NCBI GenBank assembly: GCA_033442325.1
Contig: JAWQFM010000027.1
Coordinates: forward strand, 129,844-193,843
DNA: 64,000 nucleotides
Source of the DNA: Salpingoeca rosetta
Lineage: Eukaryota; Protista; Choanoflagellata
Direction of reading: 5' to 3'
Numbering within the stretch: position 1 is the stretch's first letter; each line of letters starts with the position of its first letter. A program made the translations under genes and the position numbers. The notes under the pieces are model-generated. The model saw only the letters and a list, made by a program, of their open reading frames with translations. It was not told the origin of the DNA and made no database searches. This document shows, one piece after another, positions 59,815-64,000 of this stretch.

Positions 59815-61302
59815 CACGACGACAAACGCACGTAGATGTTGCCTGCGGCGTGGCGCAGCTTCTTGAGACCCGTGTCAATGACGCTGCGGTCGGCAGAGAA
59901 GATGGAGCCCGTCAGGCCGTATGGTGACGTCTTGTTCACAAGGTCAAGCGTCTCCTCCCACTGGCTGTTGGTGTGGTGATGTGGTGGTGGTGGTGGTGGT
60001 GAAGAAGAGATGTGTGTGTATGTGTGTGTGAGAGAGTGGTGGGTATGGCAGGTTGCAGTCGCTGTTTCGACGGAAATAAAACCAGCACAAACGCAAACAC
60101 ACGCAAACACACTACGCGACACAACATACCAAGCCGACCCACACAGACATCACACCACAACACCACAAAAACAACAACAACAGCAGCAGCAGAAGCAGAA
60201 GCAGAAGCAGCAACACTCACTCGTCTGGGTAGACGTAAGCGGTGATGACGGGCCCGAAAATCTCCTCCTCCATGAGCTTGGAGTGCGGGTTGGTGCTCTG
60301 CACGAGGGTGGGCTGCACAAACCAGCCGACGCTCTTGTCCGCCTCGCCGCCTGCAAGCACCTCCATCTCGCTGGACTCCTTGGCGTAGTTGATGTACGAC
60401 ACAATCTTGTCAAACGCCTTCTCGTCAATCACAGCCGTCATAAACGTCTTGAAGTCGTCCGGCTCGCCAACCTGGATGTCGCGCATGCAGTCAAGCATGC
60501 GGTCGCGGAACTCGGGCCACATCGACTCCGGCACATACAGCCGCGAGCACGCAGAGCACTTCTGTCCCTGGTACTCAAATGCCGAGCGGATGGTGCTGTA
60601 CACCGCGTTGTCGAGGTCCGCCGTGTTGTGCACGTAGTGGAAGTTCTTGCCACCGCACTCGCCAACGAGCCGCGGGTACGTCTTGTACTTGTCCAGGTTG
60701 TCTGCCACGCCCTTCCACAGCGTGTTGAACGTGCGCGTGGAGCCCGTGAAGCTGATGGCGGCGAGATCTGGCGACGACACAATCTTGTCGCCAAAGGTTG
60801 GCCCGGCGGCAGGGACGAAGTTCACCACGCCGTCGGGCAGGCCGGCCTCGCGCAGCGCCTTGAACACCACGTAGTTGGACAGGGCGGCGTTCTCGCTCGG
60901 CTTCCACAGCACCACGTTGCCCATGATGGCCGGGGTTGCGCCCAGGTTGGCGCCAATGGCCGTGAAGTTGAATGGCGGGATGCCGGCAACAAAGCCCTCC
61001 AGCCCGCGGTACTCGACCCTGTTCCACACGTGCTGCGCGTGGTGCGCGGGCTGCTCGGCGTAAATCTCGTTGGCATACTTGACGCCAAAGCGGTAGAAGT
61101 CGGCCGCCTCCGCAGCAGCGTCAATCTCCGCCTGAAACATGTTCTTGCCCTGGCCAATCATCGTGGCCGCAAGGACCTCGTTGCGGAACTTGGTGCTCAG
61201 CAGGTCCGCCGCCTTCAGGAACACCGCCGCACGGTGCTCAAAGTCAAGCTGCTCCCATTCCTCGCGCACACTCAGCGACGTCTGCAGTCCAGCGTGAGAG
61301 GT

Positions 61303-61333
<31 letters not shown>

Positions 61334-62671
61334 GGTGTGTGTATGTGTGTGTAAGTGTGTGTGTGTGTGTATGTGTGTGTGTATGTAAGTAGGAGTGTGT
61401 ATGAGTGTGTGTAAGTGTGTGTGTGTGTGTGTGAGTGTGCATGAGTGTGTGTGTGTGTGTGCGTGTGTGGTACGAATTTAGTGGCAACATGCATGCGTGT
61501 CATTTGAGCCCCATCACTGCCACACATGCATGCCACACGTGCATGTGTGCAACAACACCAAACGCGACCGCAAAAATCGCACATCGCAACATACGTCAAT
61601 GGCCTCCTGAATGAGCTCCGGAGATGCGAGGTGCACGCGGGCGACGGCGTGCTGGTGGTCAGAGCACTGGCGTGGTGGCAGCGGGCACATGACAGCGTCG
61701 ACACATGAGGGTGGTTTCAATTGAAGAAACAAGGGCGTTGATTGGCAGTGAGCAACAAGTGACAATAAGGAGGAGCAGGAGGAGGCACAGCAACGCAAGC
61801 TAAAAGGTAAGCAAGTGTGCACGTGTGCGTGTGGTGGGAGGTGGGACGGAGGAACGGAAGAGCAAAGGCTGGGTCACCACGCACAAGCACGCACACAAGC
61901 GTACACACACGTGCACATGCAAACACATGCACACCGTGGTTGCACCGTACCGCGCGCTGCTCGATGGTGTTGCCGGTAAACACCTCCTTGCCGTTGATGA
62001 CGCAAGGAATGTCCACTGTCTCGGAGCGAACGCGGGCGCACGCCTGCATGTTGTATGCATCGCAACGTGAGCGCTGGTGAGGATACTTGGAGAAGCAGGG
62101 GAAGCAGGGATGGCTGAGGTGCAGCGAAGGCCAAGGCGCAGCGCCAAGGCCCAGGTGCAGGGAAGGCAAGGAAGGCAGGGAAGGCAGGGAAGGCAGGGAA
62201 GGCAGGGGAAACAGAGAACATAACAAACACACACACACACGCACGCACGCACATACATACGCACGCACGCACCGCAAGGAGCTCCATGCGCTCCTCGGAC
62301 TCGGGTGGGTACTCGCGAACAGGCTCGTTCGAGATGGGTGGCAGCACGGTTGTGTGCGACAGCGGTCGTCGGCTCACAGAAGCCGCCAATGCCCTGGCGT
62401 TTGTTGTTGTTGTGGAAGAAGAGGGAGATGGAAGGAGTCGATCAAAGGGGGGACGATCATGATGCAGGAGCCGGCTTCGGCGAGGCACAGAACAAGAGGA
62501 CGAGCTTGCGTCACGCGTCTCGACACACACACACACGCACACACACACGCACACGCACACACGCACACGCACACGCACACGCACACACGCACACGCACAC
62601 GCACACACACGCACTTACGATGCAGCCCTGGGAGCAGTCTGGCGCACTGCAGCCATAGCGGTGCTCGCCAT
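59372..62671 (-). CDS. ALDH4A1: Mitochondrial delta-1-pyrroline-5-carboxylate dehydrogenase
   Basis: Presequence MASTAMAAVRQ, then NEPV, ATMIGQGKNMFQAEIDAA, PPFNFTAIG, FTGST, GECGGKNFH, SAFEYQGQKCSACSR (catalytic Cys), EEIFGPV and GQQPFGGAR.SGTNDKAG. Confidence 0.96.
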
Positions 62672-63505
62672 GGTGGTTCTTGGTTGTGGGAGGAAAGCGA
62701 CGAAGATTGAGTGAACAAACGCAAGCCTGGTGTGCGTGTGCGTGTGTGTGGGTTGTCAAGATCAACAGAGCAGGAAATGAACGAATGATGAGGAAGGAGA
62801 AGGAAAAGAAGCAGGGCAAAGCAAAGAAGAGCGGCAGTGACAGACAGACAGCTCTGTGTGTGTCGTGAACAAGTGATGTCTTCTTTGCTTCCATCGCTGT
62901 GGCAGCAGCCCTTGCATCAACGCCTGCAACAACGTCACACCCTCACCACACACTGCCAATCAAGCAAGAAGGCAGCAGCCCCAGCCCACACATAACGTTC
63001 TCGCACCGGAAAAAGTCGCTGGGCCTTGCTTGCTGTGCAGCAGAAATGACCGGCTGGTTTTTGTGTTGTCAGCAAAACTTTCGCAATCGCTTTTCCAAAT
63101 ACTGCGAGAAATAGCTAAAATCTTCACCAATTACTCCGAACGACAATATGTGTGTAATTTCAAAGAAATTTCCAGGACAGCTGTGTGCTGAGTTTGTGCT
63201 GTCGCTGTCTGTCGGTGGATGACCTTCAATCTTTGATAGTTTTCCCAACTGCGAATCCCACCGCACTCTGCCGTGCTCGCAAGCACTGCTGCTGGGTTGG
63301 TTGTGTTTTTCCCAACCGAACCTTGGCCTGCAACCCTCCAGCACACGCACACGCGAACCACACCACAACGCAAAGCCGCAAGGGCAACACACAGCACCCT
63401 ACGAGAAAGCAGCCTTAGGGTTAGGAATCGCCCACTGGCCGTGCTGCCCTTGCTTTGCTTGCTTGCTTTCTTGCTTGCTTGGTTGTAAGAAGCAGGCCTG
63501 AAAAA

Positions 63506-64000
63506 ATGGCGCACCGCCCAGGCCAAGGAGAAGGGGAGCGAGAGGAACAGCGACAACAACAACAACAAGGTTCTGCCAGCGCACCTTCCTCCTCCTCATT
63601 CTCCTCCACAGCCAATGTTCCACCTCCTCCCCCTCCTCCTTCACCGCCGCTGCGTACTTCCTCTTCCTCCGTGCCGCCAGCACACAGCAGCGCGTGGTTG
63701 CGTGAAGCAGCTGCGCCATCCACCTCGCTCGAAGCGACGCACCCATCGACAAGAGCAGACGCAGCACCACCCAGACCACCGGTTTCGCTAACAAGACCAG
63801 TACTGGCCACCCCGCCAGTGTCGCCATCACGACAGTCACAAGCAAACACTTTAATGACATCACCATCATCGGACACGGCTGTGCCAGCCTTTGCCAGTGC
63901 TGTCGCCGCAGCACCTCCACCTCCTTCTTCTGCTCCTCCTGCCGCTGCTGTCGCAACCCTGCCGACAAGCGCATCGACAAGGACAACACCGACAACGATC
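63506..64000 (+). CDS. 5' end of a Pro/Ser-rich hypothetical protein, runs off the window
   Basis: The ATG at 63506 opens a stop-free frame to the window end (MAHRPGQGEGEREEQRQQQQQ...PPPPPPPSPP...). It is divergent from ALDH4A1. Confidence 0.55.
   Translation, partial: MAHRPGQGEGEREEQRQQQQQGSASAPSSSSFSSTANVPPPPPPPSPPLRTSSSSVPPAHSSAWLREAAAPSTSLEATHPSTRADAAPPRPPVSLTRPVLATPPVSPSRQSQANTLMTSPSSDTAVPAFASAVAAAPPPPSSAPPAAAVATLPTSASTRTTPTTI

Noticed and set aside
63415-63425. TTAGGGTTAGG telomere-like word upstream of the last gene
   Set aside because: Fewer than two full units, which is compatible with chance.
63399-63995. Minus-strand ORFs at the window end
   Set aside because: The plus-strand frame from ATG 63506 is open to the end and matches the Q/P/S composition of local genes, so these are likely shadows.

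Overview
Eukaryotic, intron-rich genomic DNA. The GT-AG introns are packed with (GT)n/(CA)n microsatellites, the exons are rich in polyQ and low-complexity tracts, and the gene set is animal-like (GIPC, RIOK3, LRRC61, R3HDM4). I infer a choanoflagellate such as Salpingoeca rosetta, but this is not proven. About 16 protein-coding genes were reconstructed by hand across splice sites: a C2H2 zinc-finger protein, an adenylate-kinase-like protein with a predicted lipid-anchor N-terminus, a UBC(E2-like)-BTB fusion, GIPC, a ~1,900-aa EH-domain scaffold, two LRR proteins, an aldo-keto reductase, mitochondrial Hsp70, an R3HDM4-like protein, an amino-acid transporter, RIOK3, cytosolic LeuRS, a ZZ-finger protein, ALDH4A1 and the 5' end of a Pro/Ser-rich gene. 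Most sit in head-to-head pairs. There are two N gaps. No RNA genes, CRISPR arrays or intact transposons were recognised. The strongest leads are: (1) the EH protein, which carries a neurabin/Phactr-like PP1-docking module plus a phostensin/taperin-like IPxWK motif; (2) the E2-BTB fusion; (3) a LeuRS whose CP1 editing core is absent from the assembly; (4) a degenerate adenylate kinase that is visible only after splicing; (5) introns with complementary 5' (UG)n and 3' (CA)n arms. All homology calls come from motif recognition, not database searches.
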